The notes under the pieces are model-generated. The model was not told where the DNA came from. It did not search any database and saw only the letters and a program-made list of their open reading frames with translations. A stretch of 64,000 nt of DNA from Lepidodermella squamata (taxonomy: Eukaryota > Animalia > Gastrotricha). The stretch is from NCBI GenBank assembly GCA_047495785.1, contig JBLDXI010000003.1, positions 2,356,001-2,420,000 of the forward strand. Reading direction: 5' to 3'. Positions 62,401 to 64,000 of this stretch are shown here, one piece after another (position 1 is the stretch's first letter; each line of letters starts with the position of its first letter). The position numbers and the translations under genes are program-made.

Positions 62401-64000
62401 ATAATGACGATTGGCGTATCTACTGTTCTGGCGTCTGGCTTGTTTCGGGCTGTCAAATTTGTGGTCAAAACTCAAAAATCTGCAATTGCCAAATGCTTCT
62501 GTCCTGCGCTGGGGGTTTCTATTATGGCTTTCCGTTAAATCGGCGAGGAAAATTCAAAGATTCTGGACTTAAAATGGGCGCGCGAAGTGTGCACTACGAT
62601 TCCTGTTGTCTACAGTTTGTTGAAGCGAAAATCGAAAGACGTTTACTGTCGGCTATTCAACAAGCTTCGATCAGTTTGTCTAACGTTGTCTTCTATCACC
62701 TGGATGGTCGATTTCAAGAAGGCCGTCATCGAGGCTATCATCATCGTCTTCCCCAACTGCCTCTTATCGGGTTGTGTCTTTCACCTTGCGCAATGTGTTT
62801 GAATTGAAACTAGTTTACTCGGACGATGAAGAGGCGCGAGTTCGCATCAAACGTCTAGTCGCGCTGGCATTGCGAGGTGCCTCGCGTTTTCGCCCTTCTC
62901 GATGCCGATCTTGCGCCTGTCTCGGCAAAATATCCGAAAATGGCAGAGCTCTACCAATACTTCGAGAAGAATTGGGTCAACGTGTGACGACATGGCCAGC
63001 AAAGTGTCCGTCCAGAATTCGACTTCGAGCTCTGGAACATGGTGAAGCGCGTTGAAAATTCGCTACCTCGCCCCGACAACTATCACGAGGCTTGGCATCA
63101 GCAATTCACGGCCAGCAATGTCAGGAACCACCCGCATCTGTGGCGCCTCATCATGGGTCTTAAAAAAGGGCAGAACCTGATGTAGGAGAGGGTAGCCGAC
63201 TTTCGCCTCTGCCTTTGCCGCGAAAGAGGCTCTGATGAAACTTACCCCTACTTATTCTATTCGCTACTTATTACCATTGTGGATTAGCTATTGTGTCGGC
63301 CGGTCAATATTTGGACCCATTGAAAATTGAAAAAATAAAAACAAAATACCTTAATGTCCGAGTCCCAAACTTGTTGATAAACTTCGCAGATTTGAGTTAA
63401 ATCTAGCAATTGATCTCCCTCATTCATTTCTTTCACCGCCTGCACTGCAGCCATAATTTGACCAGGTTTCATCGCTTGGCAGGTTGTCGCGACCAAATTT
63501 CGCCGGTCTTCAACAGCTTTTTCCGCATCAGTGATGAGTTCTTTACGAAAACTTTCAATTTTAAGGCGCAATTTTTCAAGCAATACGTCGCAATGGTAAT
63601 TGATTTGGCGGGTAAGCTGATTTTCGTGCTCAGCAAGCTTCGAATTGACTGCCTCGGTCTGCTCATTAGATGACTTCATCCATGATTCCAAACGCTCCGA
63701 AAACTGTAAAAATTAAATATTGAAACATTTCAAAAATAAACAAAAAATGAAAAACTTACATTTACTGAAACCCAGCTGCATTCGAGTCGAAGGCGTTCAG
63801 CGTGAACAATGGAACAAGGCTCGCAGAATCTTTCATCACAATGAGGGCACTTTAACGCGTTCTCATTATCGAATTCGCAATGAGGACAAGTTTCACCGAC
63901 GTGCATGAATTCTTTGTAGCTGGACGAAAGCAACCCTCGAGAAGCCTCAAATATTTTTTGCATTCCAACATTGACAGGTAACTCTAAACAAATGAAAGGA
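59415..64000 (-). CDS. RBCC-ANK gene T6 (5' end, presumably with the RING, lies beyond the window)
   Basis: B-box-like exon (LPVNVGMQKIF..CPH..CPHCDERFCEPCSIVH), coiled-coil exon ending at 63350, linker exon 60765-60589, a 52-nt intron, then ankyrin exon 60536-59415 in frame. Confidence 0.85.
62136..62212 (-). pseudogene. tRNA-derived pseudogene or SINE head (Asp-like GTC)
   Basis: A-box TGGCTAACTGG, B-box GGTTCGATTCC and a CTGTCAT anticodon-like loop. The stems are poorly paired, so it is not called a functional tRNA. Confidence 0.5.
62570..63180 (+). mobile_element. Degenerate MULE-type transposase fragment in T6 intron
   Basis: IPVVYSLLKRKSKDVY..LF, MVDFKKAVIEAI..FP..GCVFHLAQ, YFEKNWV and WNM..RPDNYHEAWH, interrupted by stops and frameshifts. 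Confidence 0.85.

Overview
This is eukaryotic DNA from a compact-genome invertebrate (most introns about 50 nt, TTTCAG/TTTTAG acceptors), so the six-frame ORF track splits most genes. It is almost entirely tandem gene arrays plus DNA transposons. (1) 1-25.5 kb: a minus-strand cluster of two related multi-homeodomain gene types that mostly alternate. Type A has 6-8 homeodomain-like repeats and type B up to 9; copies are intact, truncated or pseudogenised. The cluster is interrupted by a SOCS-box gene and by a complete 3.7-kb Mutator-like element (72-bp perfect TIRs, 9-bp TSD, 5-exon DDE+SWIM transposase). (2) 25.8-27.1 kb: an EVH1/PH-like domain gene. (3) 27.9-34.7 kb: a duplicated two-gene cassette of a divergent nuclear receptor followed by an EBP/EXPERA-like ER membrane protein, whose promoter carries a repeated bipartite motif. 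(4) 35.3-64 kb: six head-to-tail genes that splice NLS-RING-B-box-coiled-coil exons onto a single exon of about 10 ankyrin repeats (TRIM-like 'RBCC-ANK' putative E3 ligases). One copy lacks the RING, and every copy has one enlarged, mostly TE-filled intron next to the linker exon. All gene models were built by hand from splice sites and reading frames; no database searches were run.
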